Shown here one piece after another: positions 38,771 through 52,085 of a DNA stretch of 64,000 nucleotides. This DNA comes from Phoronis australis (Eukaryota > Animalia > Phoronida): the NCBI GenBank assembly GCA_002633005.1, contig NMRA01000229.1, positions 543,505 through 607,504 of the forward strand. Reading direction: 5' to 3'. The position numbers were made by a program, and so were the translations under genes. The stretch's first letter is position 1; every line of letters starts with the position of its first letter. A model generated the notes under the pieces. That model made no database searches, was not told the origin of the DNA, and was given only the letters and a program-made list of their open reading frames with translations.

Positions 38771-39689
38771 GCCAGCGTGTGTAAACCCCAACTTGGAAAA
38801 ATTGAGGGGGGGGGGGGCGGTTTCACTCTGAAAATATGTCTTTTGCATTGTGAATTGCGGTTATGAAAATCAACTCGTTTCGAGTCTTCGTGGCTCATCG
38901 GCAAAACCCCGGAAATCAATTGTGCGCGCGCTTCCGGCGACACTTCTGAAGTAGCCAAGCATTTTAGATAGATCCACCGCTGAAAGAGCAGCTCTATAGC
39001 TGATTTCTTTAGGTAACTAGTTTCTTTACTCTAAGATATGTTTTGATTTGATTAGGGGAAATACTGTGGTGCCGCAACCCTGATATGCAGGTGAATTGAC
39101 GTGCAACGTTTTTACCTCATCTGTCATGCCGTGTCGTCCTATTACACCCCACACGTTTGTAACATGAATTTGACTGGTGTATAGTAAAGTTTTCTTGCGC
39201 AGCATCATACAGTGTACATGTACATGTAATACTTTTGAAAAAAACTCGTTTTCCGAAGAATTGCTATTGTGGCGGGCGCCGTGGTCTGGTCGCGAGTCTG
39301 TTTGAAGATGCACCCTATCAAGTTATGTTTATACAAGGAATGACCAATGGGGCACTCACATTTACAAAGTGACCGCATTCGCGAACAGTGTACAGTACCA
39401 GAAATTGCGGGGAGGCTATATTTTCACAACAAAGTCTTGCGGGACTTTTGCGATGTTCAACAGGCCTTCTAAGGAGCCCTAGTACCGATCTCAACACCTA
39501 CCGTCCTTCTACGTGCAATAAGCACCACTGCCGTTTTCTATACTGAGAATTTCCGCAGAAAGGCCCACCCGACGAAACGCCCATGCCGATGGGCATTTAT
39601 TTGATGTTAGTACTTCGGGTTTCAAGCGTTCAGACATTGGGACGTTTATTTCGAAAATTGCAAGAGATGCAAATGGGTCCTGGGATATA

Positions 39690-40320
39690 CATCGTCAAGG
39701 TTTGAAGTAGTCCATGATGAACGGATCAAATTTAGTTGCGCATGCTGTAAGTCTTTTGAATGGACTTGGTAACCTCAGGGGGCTTAGTGCCAACTGAGCT
39801 ACGAAACGAGATGCTGGCATTGTAGAGGCGTACATCAAGCTCATTGACACAGCAGTTGACGAAGTGCAAGCATTGGGAACAAACGTCGAAGATGTCTGGG
39901 TAGAATGGTTCCAAGACGAGCGAACCATTGGATGCACAGATTCCTCGGCAGTCTAGACAACAGAAAGATAGGACCAACGTTCCTAGAGAAACACCCAGGT
40001 AATATGTTATAATTCTACACAGTTTGTAATAATGTCGGTTTTTTATACTTGTGTACAATGAAAACGAAAAAGGAATTATTTTGGACATGCCAAATTTACC
40101 CAGTACAGCAGAGGGTCTACGAGCGCACAGAAACTGATTCTAGTTTGTATTTCCACTTGAGTCTATCTGCTTCTTATCCAAAATCTTATTTCACGTAGTG
40201 CGTACTAGTTAAATCTGTACTCAATACTTGTTTCTTCCAGTGAGTACTACAAAACGGTGCGAAAGCCCTTCATAGACAACCTCTCGCAGCAGTTGACCAC
40301 CAGATGTGTAAACTACACGT
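39690..40320 (+). pseudogene. hAT-superfamily transposase fragment with one intron (39999-40240)
   Basis: Reads KRDAGIVEAYIKLIDTAVDEVQALGTNVEDVWVEWF, then after a frameshift IPRQSRQQKDRTNVPRETP|SEYYKTVRKPFIDNLSQQLTTRC. The GT-AG intron cag|gtaata...tttcttccag| restores the frame. Confidence 0.75.
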
Positions 40321-40393
40321 ATGAGCAACCACTGGGGATTAAAAAGTGCCTTGAGAGAAGTTTTCAACTCAAAATTTTTTGCAAAGTACGCTT

Positions 40394-40670
40394 TAGGTCT
40401 CGCGATGGACCAGGCCAGCTTGATTTGTGTAGATATCGAGTTTCAGTGTACTTCTGCTCCCTCGGCGAACTAGTCTTGTGATGTTTTTTCCCAAAGTGTG
40501 CTTTGTAAAACTATTTGTCTCCCCCGGTACTGTTTGGTCCCGCGACAGATCGACTACTTTTATAGGGATAATAAGCACAGGTGTGCTTTTGGTCTCGTGA
40601 CGGACCAGGCCAGAGTTTTCGTGTACTCTCAGTGTACATCTGGTCCCTCTGCGAACTGCTCCTGTATATC
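40394..40670 (+). repeat. Diverged local repeat (40394-40475 vs 40589-40660)
   Basis: ggtctcg.ga.ggaccaggccag...tcagtgtac.tctg.tccctc.gcgaact occurs twice. Confidence 0.7.
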
Positions 40671-41389
40671 TTTTCACCACGGTGTAGGCCTACAGAATGT
40701 TTTGGTTTCGTGAAACTGTTTTCAGACGATTTGTTTCCTGATACATTTGACGTTTTTCAGTTGTTGTCAACATGATTCAGCTTAATAAAGTGGTACTTAA
40801 TTGTTTATTTTCACTTTTAATAATAGACTATGAGCTGAGAGCAGCATCGTTCGCAAGTTTTTCTCGTAACGAGACATAACACATGTTTATTTCCGGACTA
40901 ACAGTACAGATCTTCGTTCTTAAACAGCTTGAGGCTGTTGCGATCATCTGATATTCAAGTTTTTACGCCTCGTCGGTGCTCCTTATGCTTTTGAATATTT
41001 GTATAAATCCCTGTATACACACCACACTTTTTCGTATGCTAAAAAGGTGTGTGTAAGCAGATGTTCCAACAAAAATTTTTGATGGTGGTGTGACTCATAC
41101 TCAGATGTACACAAATATGGTTTCACGAAACTTATGAGCCAAGTTCATGTGACGAAATCGAGAAGGGTTTTTAACTATCTTAAGAAAAACTCCAAAGACA
41201 TGTTAAGTGCCAGAAACGTACCAGGATGCATGGAAATTTCACTGTATGGCTACAAAAACAAAAAGTAAACCCCCTCCCGACCTCCCTCCCCCCGCTCGGC
41301 GCAACGCGCCTCGTATTCGACCTTTGCTGGAATCCTAAACCCCCCCTTACTGAAAACGTAGATCCGCCACTGTAATATATATATGCTCG

Positions 41390-41664
41390 CATGCGCTAAA
41401 AGAAATCAGACTGGCTACTGCTTGAAATAGCCATTGTTTTGTTTACATGAAGTCAACCCTCACATTTTATGTTACGTCCACGTCTTGCCATGCCAAATAA
41501 GGAGAGGTGTTTTGTCGTGTGGAAGAAAATCGAGGACTGGAAGTGACGAGCAGCTGACCTCGACAGAAATTCAAACTCTTTGTGAGCGAATCGTAAAAAT
41601 AATTGGTGAACAATTTGACACATGGTTAATGCAATTTCGTCTGTTTTTCGCTTTCTATGCCACT
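41390..41664 (-). mobile_element. End of a TTAA-flanked element; inverted relative of 31075-31380
   Basis: Ends ...gtctgtttttcgctttctatgccact|ttaa. Confidence 0.6.
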
Positions 41665-44600
41665 TTAAGCGGGCGCACGTGGAGTCGAAACAAAAAATGG
41701 AACACAACGCATACGCGAGCGTGAACCTGTGACCTCTGGTGACTCACACGTTCGCAGTCGAGTAGCCAAAGCTCTCAAGTGCGTTTGACCTGCACATCTG
41801 AAATGATGTTTTTCAGGCATACCAGGGTATTCCAAAGCAAACGAGGTGACAGTTTTATCCACAATGTTGTAAATAAAACCCCATTTAGAGTCTATGATAA
41901 AACCGTATTTCACACACTGCCTAGTTTAGTTTTGTGTATTCGCAACAGGTGGCAAAAGCGTAGTTTTTATGCTCGCTAGTTCCCTACGTGTCTAGCCAGC
42001 TAGCAAGGTGTCATGCAATGGAACGCGCTTTAGCATTGTTTGATGTAACCTAAGCAGTTATTGGTTAGCTATACAACACCGTAAAAAATGGCGGACTGTG
42101 AACGATCTTTAGCCTTGTCATGCAAGTGGCGTCGCAGCAACTATTCCGTTTCTGCAGTGATGTTTACTGTGAATAGTCGCGTGCCTGAAGCACATACATG
42201 TGCAATAAACACATATCTGGCCAATTTAACCGGTGTGTAAGGCCCTTTCATATTGACTTAACTCAGGTCTGAGCGGAGCGTCGACGTAAACAGCTCAGTT
42301 AACTGGACCGTTCAACAGGCTTCGGTAGTTAATGACCATCAAAGTAAACGGTTGGTGACGCTGTCGTCATCGAAGTTATCGCAAGGTAGCGTTGCACGCT
42401 AAGATTTTTTCAATGAGACAATTTGAGAAAATTTACATGTGCTAATTGACATTAAACTTATTTTTAAATGGATTAGTTGTTATTAGAGCAAAATATAAGC
42501 AGCTATTATTGACGACACTACCCTGTAACTGTTGATGATAACAGTGGCACCTGGCGATAACTTGGATTGGACCGAGGTTAAGCGTTCATACTGCACCGCA
42601 GCGTCGACTCTGCGCTATTAAATCCACCTGTTAACTGCGACGTTAGCTGGAGCTGTTAACTGCGATCCAGGACCAGATTTAAGCGTTCGACAGTAGAAAC
42701 ATGCACTCCGAAAAGGCGCAATCACAATTTCTAGGATCTACATTTCCTGAACATAAATTTAAGCACCGATTTGTACTACACTGCAGTCCATCAGTCCTGC
42801 CAGTTTGTTTGCGTAAAGCGCTGCCTGTTGAGAATTCGACTAGCCAATCAGAAACGCCGGTCTAAAAAAATTCCCGAGGAAAATTAAGTGATACCTACAT
42901 GCTGGCTACTGACCACCTAGCGGCACGCAGGGAACCAGCGAGAGTTGTTATGCGCACCTATGTCCAAAACCGACTTAATTTGTGCCTGAGCTATGTCCGA
43001 GACCAGAAACCGACTTTGTGTTCGTGAAACAGTATTTTCTGAATTTTCGTCTTTCGTCTTAAGTTAGCCAGACTTTCAGTCTGACTTAGACACATGTTTG
43101 GACTTCGGTCCTAAGTGTTAAGTCATTTTTCGTAAAATGGGCCTCAGATCAGATGCAACGTTTAGTTTATCGGTGCATAACCAGTTCTGGTATCAATTAT
43201 TTCCGTAAGAGCATGACTGCTTGCCTACTCTTGAGATAGCATGAACGAACTTGGAATTCCACGTCTGCGTATTGTAAGCAAAGATACTGTGTATAATATC
43301 TTTGTTATACGTTCACATACGACATGACAACCAGCCGATGACCTACACTGTACTTACGTGTATATTATTTACAATAAACTGGGTATATTAAGATTGCACT
43401 TGACGTAATGTGCAGATTTTCGCTTCAGTCACTAGGTGAACTACGCCAAGTACATGTACATAGTGCAGTGAAGGCAGGATTCCGTGAAATTTTTCAATTG
43501 TTCTGGGATTCAAGGTGTGAATCATACGATTGGTTAAAAAGTATGTTGCCTGGACGGAAACGGGAATTCCTCTAAGTATTACCCAACCAAAAAAGTGTAC
43601 CAGGGTTTTGATAGGCTTAAAATATAGACGATAGTTGCTCAAATACGACGCATACGCCTGCGTGGTTATAGGCTAATCAGCGAAAAATAATTCGAGTGTC
43701 TCAAACTTCCGTTAGAAAAGACGAGGGTAGGATTTGGCGGGAAATCCAGTGCACACATAAGCTTAACTTCATCAAGAGTTGTGCGGAAAATGACGACTAT
43801 TCTATCGAATGAACGTGATTTAACGCGAGTAAACTCTAAAACCTACAATGTCGCAACTGGCCTAATGAATGAAGTTAAAGCTATCAGGATGCATAAAATG
43901 TGTGCCGAAAGCAACACTTTCAAATTTTATGGAAGGTGTAAATAACGTCAATACAGGGGCTGGCGCAAAACAGATGTTATTACTTTGCGCTGTTTTGGAA
44001 TGAACTTTCACGTCCGGTTCAACAATTCACTGAACTCTAGAATATTTACAATTCTGTGAGGGGGTACATTCCCCCACTTACTTTGTTCATAGCTCTCGTT
44101 ACTTGTAGAAACGATTGAGTCACCACGTGTACCTTGTGAACACCTTCTAGATCAGAATACGTGCACATGATATGTGCTTGTTTAAGTAGAAAATCTAGCA
44201 GCTACTGATTTCCTTAGGCGATTTGCTGGACGATTACGCATGAAGATTCCAGGAAAACAACGTTACAGTTTCATCCTTTAGTTTGAAGATTTCCTGAACT
44301 GAAAATGTCTGCCAATATTGGTTCAAGAACAAGTTGAATATTGATTGCCAAAAATTACCCAAAACAACTTGTCTGTTTTCTTTCTTGCCTAGATCATTAG
44401 TTAATTCACTGTTTCTGTATTATTTGTCTCAACAATGTGGTTAACCGCAAAATGTTTTCGTTTTATTCTTAATTCGCCATTTAAATTCATTACAGTACGT
44501 TTTGGTCAATCCTTTTGGCAACAAAGAAATGGATCGTTAATCGAAGTTGGTTTGTGGTGAAAATTACTACAAAACAACAACAAAACAAGACAACGACTTT

Positions 44601-44938
44601 CGTTTTTAGTTCAAAGGACTATCTTCCAAGTCAATGCTTTTGTGATAATACATGTAGTGACCTCGCAAAGTAGTGTCATGGTTAATTTCAGGATGTGCGT
44701 GCGCCTCAATACTAAAATGTGTCGATATTTACAACTTCGTTTAAGTGCAGTTCTGCGCCTATATGCTAATTAACCTAGTCAATCGTTTTAAGCAGATTTG
44801 GAAAAGTGTATGGAAGGCAAACATGACACACGTCTCTAGCTGAATCTTCAAAGTTGAGAGACAGCATAAATACAATAACAAATTAAACAAATGTTCCGTG
44901 AGCAAAATCCACGGCAATCTTCATCAGTATCTTCAATA

Positions 44939-45000
44939 GTATATATGTGTGTGTGCGCGCGCGCGCGCGCGTGTGTGTGCGCGCGTGTGTGTGTGTGTGC
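44939..45000. repeat. Compound (AT)/(GT)/(GC) alternating purine-pyrimidine tract
   Basis: About 60 bp of uninterrupted alternation, including a long (GC)n run. Confidence 0.95.
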
Positions 45001-48000
45001 TTGTAGCATCTCTTTGGCTGTACGCGTCACGAATTTTATATTCATGTATACCGTTAGCAGAATTTAGTCAATGATTTTCAATTTTTCAGAATGAATATTT
45101 TAGAAGGAAATTGCTACTGTCATCCCATTTCTTCTCATAACCCCAAGGGCGGTTCCACTTTAAGATTTCCAAAAACAAATCTGCGAAGTTCAGTTACCAG
45201 CCACAAATTGAACCACGAAAAGCAAGAGAAGTTTTTGTTCGCGCAAGCAAACACGACTTAGCCGTTGATTCTGAGCCAGATCACATGATGCGTGGTATAA
45301 CCTTTGATGAAATTATTTTTATAAATGAGGCTCTATCTGTTGAGTTCTTTAACAACCAACAAAATTATATCGTGCTTGTAGTTTTAGTCTGTGCCAAGTG
45401 TTTGCGTTTTCCGGTCATCACGCAAGATACCGTTCCGCCTCGTTCTATAATGGCTGAAAAAGTCTACTGTGTTCACCTAGTACGTGACCTTTTATCTTTG
45501 TACCCCATAAAGATTTACAGCAACCGCCAAACGACCAAAAATGATATTTTGAGTTCAGTTTCACCATCTGTCTGATATGCGTTAACCACGAAGAGTCGTA
45601 TCGTATGGAAATTAAACATTTTCAACGGATACCCTCCTACACAGTAAATGCTAAGCGATGAAAATGAACACACTATACAGACATACAGCCCGGTGGTCAA
45701 TCGGCATGTACATGCACACATCATTGTATTATAATTTTTTTTCAAAGATATCAAAATTGCGTGAACAGGACAACTCAATTAAGTCACTTATAACTTCTAA
45801 AACACGCTTCACTATACTTTAAGTTTATCATTTACGAAACTATCCTAAAGGTAAGGCCCTTTTTCGAATATTGCGCCAATATTAAATTTTCAAAACAACT
45901 TAAGCCTAGCTTACTTCCGACTACGACTGCGCCTGAACAACTTAGTCAGAATGTGGTCGCATATCATCACAATACGGAAGCAGTCGCGGTTTCTGGTTTT
46001 GTCAACCACGCACAGCGCATTTCGAGTCAAAAGCGTTTTAATGGGTGCTTATTGAATTGTCACCGTGGTTTCTCAGTGACACAGCTGAAAAGGTATCGAT
46101 TGTTCATGTATCGCGGTTGCACCAGTCGAATTGCACAGTTACTGTGAGTAACCAGAATATTTCCGCGTTATTTGTACTTCAGACTCACCTGTTTTCTTTT
46201 AAATTCGAGACTGACTCGTCGTATTCAAATGAACTCGGCAAAATAATGCGTCTGAGTTCTAAGTGGTCAAATTAAAACTGTGCATTTGCACGGTGAAAAC
46301 GTTCATTCCCACGAAATGATAATATTGTTCGGTAGAAACGATCATGAGAAGGGGACTGTTGGTAAGAACGCCCGCGTGTACCGCGAGCCATGTTTTTTGC
46401 CTCAGTTAATTTGCAATATGAGAGAGAGGGTATTCTTTTTGTCTTTACAATCATTGTAGTTTTGGAATTATCAAGGGGTGTGTTCCGTAAGTCGGGTTTC
46501 TTTCACGCTAGTGGAAAGGTTATGTTTTACAGCTGCGAACTACTGTAAAGATGCGGCCATGGAATTTGGTCTTGAGACCTAGAGTTTGTCAAATCCGCTA
46601 TAAAATCGCCTTCGGTCAAAGAAAACAACTTCTGAGTTAGATTGCTTGGCATTATAGTTTTAGTGTCGTTTATTAATCAACTCAAAGTTTCTTACTCAGA
46701 TGAGAAGTAATTTCAAGCTTTGGAATGAACTGAGGTTTTATTATTACTTGAAACTTGCTCGTTGCTTATAACAACCCACCGTGAAAAATAGTACCCGAAC
46801 AACATGGTCCACGCACTTCTGAGCATATAGCTTCAGATTAAATGCATGAACGCGTGTCACGGACCTGTGAACTCAGTACACTGACTCACAAACTTGTGTC
46901 TGCACTAAACACGGCTTACGCCTCCAAAAAGCATGCTGCTTACCTACAGTGTACGTGTTCTTATCAATTTTGCGTGAGTTCGTGAGTATTAAGGTTTGGA
47001 CGCGTAAGTTTCATGTATGTGCTCTGGCCTATTACGCATTTCCTCCATTTTGACCCATTATGCCCATTTTCCCCCGTCAATTTTAGTTTGTCCCTATATG
47101 AAGAAAATCGACCCGGCATAGTTTCGCAATAAACACGGTCATTATTATGTTGCAAAATAGAAGATTGGTGACATTATCTTTGACACGAGCCATCAATGAA
47201 ATATCCGCTGTGTTATTTCGTTTTATTAGAAGTCCTCAATTCCCGATGTTAACTTCTGGTCAATACCCTGGTGGCTGTGGTAGAATTATTTGACGGGCGC
47301 TGGCCTCTAAAATTTTGTCTCGTGCAAAATGTCTTAGGTCGCGGGCGGTGTTTCCTGTTTAAGCCGGCGTAAAAAGCCAAGTGAGCTAGCACTCTCTTGA
47401 ATGAGTGTGAGAAGTCGAGGAGAACAGCTGAAGATTATTAGAAGAAAAACCTCTTTAGAATAAACATTTCGTAACGAAATCGGAACGCTGGAATACCGTA
47501 CGAGATGAGTTAAACATTTCCAGTAATGTTGAGTTTGCTCGGCCACAATTTAGGTGAATCATAAACGAATTATTTTGTAAAAACTTTTAACATTTTCTAA
47601 TTGACTTCACTGAGTCTCAAAGTCGAAGTATTTCGAATGATCTCGGACAAGTACAAATACAAATACAATACTCGCTTTCCAAAATAGCCAAATACGCTTT
47701 GACTTAGTAATAATTGCTAACCTATGCAGTTTCTGGTGGTGATTGTTTGCAAATATTATTTGTTAATGTCACTCCTGAACTTTAAAACTGATCACTTTTG
47801 TACCGGATAAAGTAGGCTTACGATTAAGGCGATACCTAAAAGTCACACGGTACAACAGTGACGTCGACGGTCATTTGCGAAAATAAAAGCAATAGAAAAC
47901 ACATTCGCCAAAAAAGTCGAAATATTTTTATGACAACCTCATAAAAAGATCGTGTAATTCTATTCAATTCTAAGTGTTTTATTCATGCTTAGTTGGTTCA

Positions 48001-48402
48001 GATGATTTCGCTTTGGGAACATCGATATCAATTGAATAATGGAAGGTGGTTTTACATCCGGTTTAACTGGTACCTTTTGATTATGAAAAAGCCTGCGAAA
48101 CATATGAAGCACTCACGCCATTTACGCAGTATGCGAACAATTAAGATGCGCTCCGTAATGTCTGACATTCGCGAGTGTCATGTAATGAGATTACCTGTTC
48201 CGCTTCAAATACTTTGCGCGATCTCACCGACCTTGCAAAGTACGCGCCTTACTGAACAAACTCCGAAGCTGATAGCACGAATGAAATGCGCAGTTTAGAC
48301 TTCGAGTCACAAGCTTCCGGTGCGCAGCTCCTAATTTGATTAATGCAGTCCTCTCATATATACATCTAAATGACGATAAGTTATTTTATTTTGCAGTTAA
48401 CA

Positions 48403-48718
48403 ATGACAGCTAGACGTATATGGACAATTCTGGCTATATGTCTTTTGATCATGGAGTCTGTTTCCGCGTTCTTTTACATGAAAGATAGAATTAAACACTA
48501 TCCGCGCATGGGAAGAAGGAGTGAACAAGGTACAGTACTAAACATTCCGTCATCTTTAATGGAAAAACAAGATGTGAAACCCGAGAAAGAAGACAGTTTT
48601 AGAATGTTATTCAGGACTGCCCAGCAATTTCCTAATTCGCGCTATTCTGAGGATACAGCGAGGACAATCCACCACGGAAACACAGACTACACAAGTAGGG
48701 ACACTAAATCAACAAATG
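48403..48718 (+). CDS. pleurin: Pleurin/ETH-like PRXamide neuropeptide precursor, first coding exon (reads to a stop at 48726 if unspliced)
   Basis: Acceptor ttattttattttgcag| ends at 48396 and ATG is at 48403. A 22-aa hydrophobic signal-like segment (MTARRIWTILAICLLIMESVSA) is followed directly by FFYMKDRIKHYPRM-G-RR (48469-48519: amidation Gly plus dibasic site). The FY...YPRx-amide pattern matches molluscan pleurins. Donor G|GTAGGT at 48718/48719. Confidence 0.82.
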
Positions 48719-50427
48719 GTAGGTAGCAGCCACGTAACTGTGTTGTTTAACGTCCAAAGGCTTTCTTACCAAGCGCGGATGGGATTGGAGAGACAGTGGG
48801 TCCGAACAATCATACTTGGTCGATTTTGTTGAGGTGAAATGGCGTCGAGAGGGTGACCCTCATTCCTTTCAAATGTCAGACTCCATTTATAGTGCGTCTC
48901 AGCTAGTAGTGTAGATTGCAGAGAGAGGGTCGCACCAATAGTTGCCGATGTTTTCAGAATAAGCTAAGTGCTAAGTTAACAACTAGTACACCATTTTTGA
49001 CGGTGCAATTACCTTTCATACCACATGACGAAAAATTGCTTGGGATGTATATTAGTTCGCATTTTAAATGTTTTATAAAATATTTTATAGGTCTACACAT
49101 ATAAGACACTGATAAATCTAGAAAACCATCTCCTCCTTTTGCAATAACGTTGGTCGTCAAAATAACAATAGATATATATTCTCCATATTTCTGCAGTCGT
49201 AGAATAAAATGGGCGCGGGCTACCATCGAAAGGCTACTGCCAAACCAGAACACTGCGTTTTTGTTAGGTCTCTTCAAGCCCGTAGAAGTATATACAAACT
49301 TGCCTGCCCTTGGGCCCAAATTTCCTCCCTATTGACACCCCCTCAGCTCGTCACCAGTTTCACGCTGTTTGTGAGTACTCATGTTTCGACAAAAATCTAT
49401 AGACGAGAAAGGATCATTTTTGTCCTGAATACACTGCGCCCGTTAAGCATTAAGCATATGGTTTTAATAACAGCTGTTAAGGCGAAAATCGCTGTTTGGA
49501 GGGTTACAGTAATAACGTAAACATTCCTACCGCACGCTGAGAAAATCGGAGAAGTGCGGCTAGCAATGGCACCTTTTTGATAGCACCGACTTGGAATAGA
49601 GTAGATGGAATATCGTCTCGGAAACTTCCGTTGTAGTTTCTCATGTTTCGGCGACATAAAATGAGGCCGAATGCCACTTCATTAAGATCCATTTTGGGGA
49701 ATAGCCATTTTATCAAGGTCATGCTTTGAGGCCGGTGCACTTCAAGGGTGCGAATCCTGGCGTCCCTATACATGTAGTACACAGCGTTAGGGGGTGTCAG
49801 AAAATCTCTTGCTGAAACACGAGGACTCGGGTAGCTGCCTCCACGAGAGAGAATTGATATAAAACTAATCGAGTTGCATCAACCTACATCAAAACTCACC
49901 GAAACACGAACTTCTCGGAGGGTTATTTTGACAGAATCGTCTACAGTGTTCCTTATTGTTTGGTGATAGTTGATAGACTTTCCAGAAAGTGCAACGTGCC
50001 TCTACAATGTAAGTTCATTAAAGAATCATATTACACTGCAACTGAGACACTAGCCGTACAAAACAGAGAGCTTCGGCTATACGTTAGAGCGAACGCGAAC
50101 ATGTCAGTGACCAGAGGTCACAGGCTATGTACATGTAGGTAGCGACCTGTCTGACACGACCATTACACTCTGCCCCGGGTGAAAGCAATCGATACAAGCC
50201 CGTATAAAAAATCTAAGATGTCATTTTTGAAACCAAAAGTCCTTTTGAGCAAAATGGAGAAAACATGTAATTCACAAGCTCTCGGTTATTCTTGTTTTAT
50301 TTGAATATCTAGATTAAGCGTGCTCCTTGTTCGCTTTCATGGAATGATTCCGAAATTCAGATGTTTTGGCACCACGTGAGTCACCCATTGCTATACGATT
50401 ACTGTGGCTTTTCTGGGAAAAATCGGC

Positions 50428-50800
50428 AACAAACTTCATACTTCAACACGACGAGGGCCTCTGAACAAAGGTCATACTTCAATACGACGAGAGCCCCTGA
50501 ACAAACGTCATGTTTCAACGCGACGAGGGTCTCTAAACAAAGGTCATACTTCACGACGAGAGCCTCTGAGCAAAGGTCGTACTTCAACATGACCAGGGCC
50601 TCTGAATAAAGGTCGTACTTCAACATGACGAGGGCCTCTGAACAAAGGTCATACTTCAACGCGACGAAGGCCTCTGAACAAAGATCATACTTCAACGCAG
50701 CGAGGGCCTCTGAACAAAGATCATACTTCAACGCGACGAGGGCCTCTGAACAAAGGACCCTCAACGCGACGAAGGCCTCTGAACAAAGGTCATACTTCAA
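50428..50800. repeat. 36-bp minisatellite, ~10 copies
   Basis: Unit TCATACTTCAACRCGACGAGGGCCTCTGAACAAAGG; two units are 33 bp. Confidence 0.95.
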
Positions 50801-51295
50801 ATCTTAAGCTCAGTACTGAGCTTCCTTATATCTCCTAGATGGCTCAAACTTTTAAGATCACTAAAAAGTTGTATGTTATCTACGGCATCTGATACGATAA
50901 ATCGGAAATAAAGCACACGTTTTGCATTTACGCGAGATCTGTCTTCATGTTCCTAAAACACAAAAAACAGTGTAGGTGGCCTGATGTCATTTGCAGTGCA
51001 TCAAACGTGCGAAGGCCTCATGGGTGGCCCATTGCACAAAACACCTGAGCTAAAACCACAAGAGTCCCGTTAGGGTTATACGTGAAAGAAGTTTTCAAGA
51101 CTGCCTGTTTCCTTTAACACAGACGGACAGACCAATGAGCTATACCAGGGTATAGCTCATTTTACAGACGTTCCTACATATCGCTGGTGTGACAAGATTG
51201 AGCGCGAAAATGTAGGTCAACATTAAGACGCAGCAAGGAAAGAAATTGCCGATCTCACTCAGAGGCGGATTTAGGGAGGAGTGTAAGGGGGCCAA

Positions 51296-51609
51296 NNNNN
51301 NNNNNNNNNNNNNNNNNNNNNNNNNNNNNNNNNNNNNNNNNNNNNNNNNNNNNNNNNNNNNNNNNNNNNNNNNNNNNNNNNNNNNNNNNNNNNNNNNNNN
51401 NNNNNNNNNNNNNNNNNNNNNNNNNNNNNNNNNNNNNNNNNNNNNNNNNNNNNNNNNNNNNNNNNNNNNNNNNNNNNNNNNNNNNNNNNNNNNNNNNNNN
51501 NNNNNNNNNNNNNNNNNNNNNNNNNNNNNNNNNNNNNNNNNNNNNNNNNNNNNNNNNNNNNNNNNNNNNNNNNNNNNNNNNNNNNNNNNNNNNNNNNNNN
51601 NNNNNNNNN
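51296..51609. other. Assembly gap inside a cagaggcggattt-type MITE
   Basis: N run just after a MITE terminus at 51259. Confidence 1.
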
Positions 51610-52085
51610 TCACACGTTCGCTTTCGCGTTTAACGTGTAGCCAAAACTCTCAAATACATTGCAGGTTACCGGAAGAAATTAACCTTGACATGTTACATAC
51701 CCACACTGTACGAAATCTAAAATTATCCCCTCAACTGTTTGACGACATGAGCGAATTCCCTACGACCAACGTCCTCTTTGTCAACAGGGCTTTCATCATA
51801 AGGATCCTCGAAAGAAATTCTATTAAAGAATTCTTTGGAAAAGGATAAATATTTTTATAGATCGAAAGATCGGGAACATATTGTGTTTAATTGTATAATT
51901 CACAACGTGGTCTTCAATTTTTTCAACCTTTAACCCTTTCTATGGTATGAATGTTTCTTAAATACAATCTCACATTTTGGTAATTCTTTGGGCCGCTTGG
52001 CTTCATGCTGCTGCGCTTTGCATCCGGGCACCTACTGTAGTGTTTTCGACCACTTTGAAATTAATCTACTTTCACCCCTGAATAG

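Noticed and set aside
48370-48402. Track start codon at 48370 for the neuropeptide ORF
   Set aside because: It lies in the intron's pyrimidine tract upstream of the acceptor at 48396. ATG 48403 gives a clean signal peptide.
48469-48519. Assignment as small cardioactive peptide (SCP)
   Set aside because: It shares PRM-amide but lacks YLAFPRM and the multi-Cys C-terminal domain. The FY...YPR pattern fits pleurin better.
50428-50800. CRISPR-like 36-bp periodicity
   Set aside because: The units are contiguous with no unique spacers, there are no cas genes, and the context is eukaryotic.
51665-51848. Alternative downstream exon ending ...IKEFFGKG
   Set aside because: The open frame needs a phase-2 donor but the neuropeptide donor is phase 1, and there is no proper dibasic site. 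It could only work via an exon hidden in the gap.
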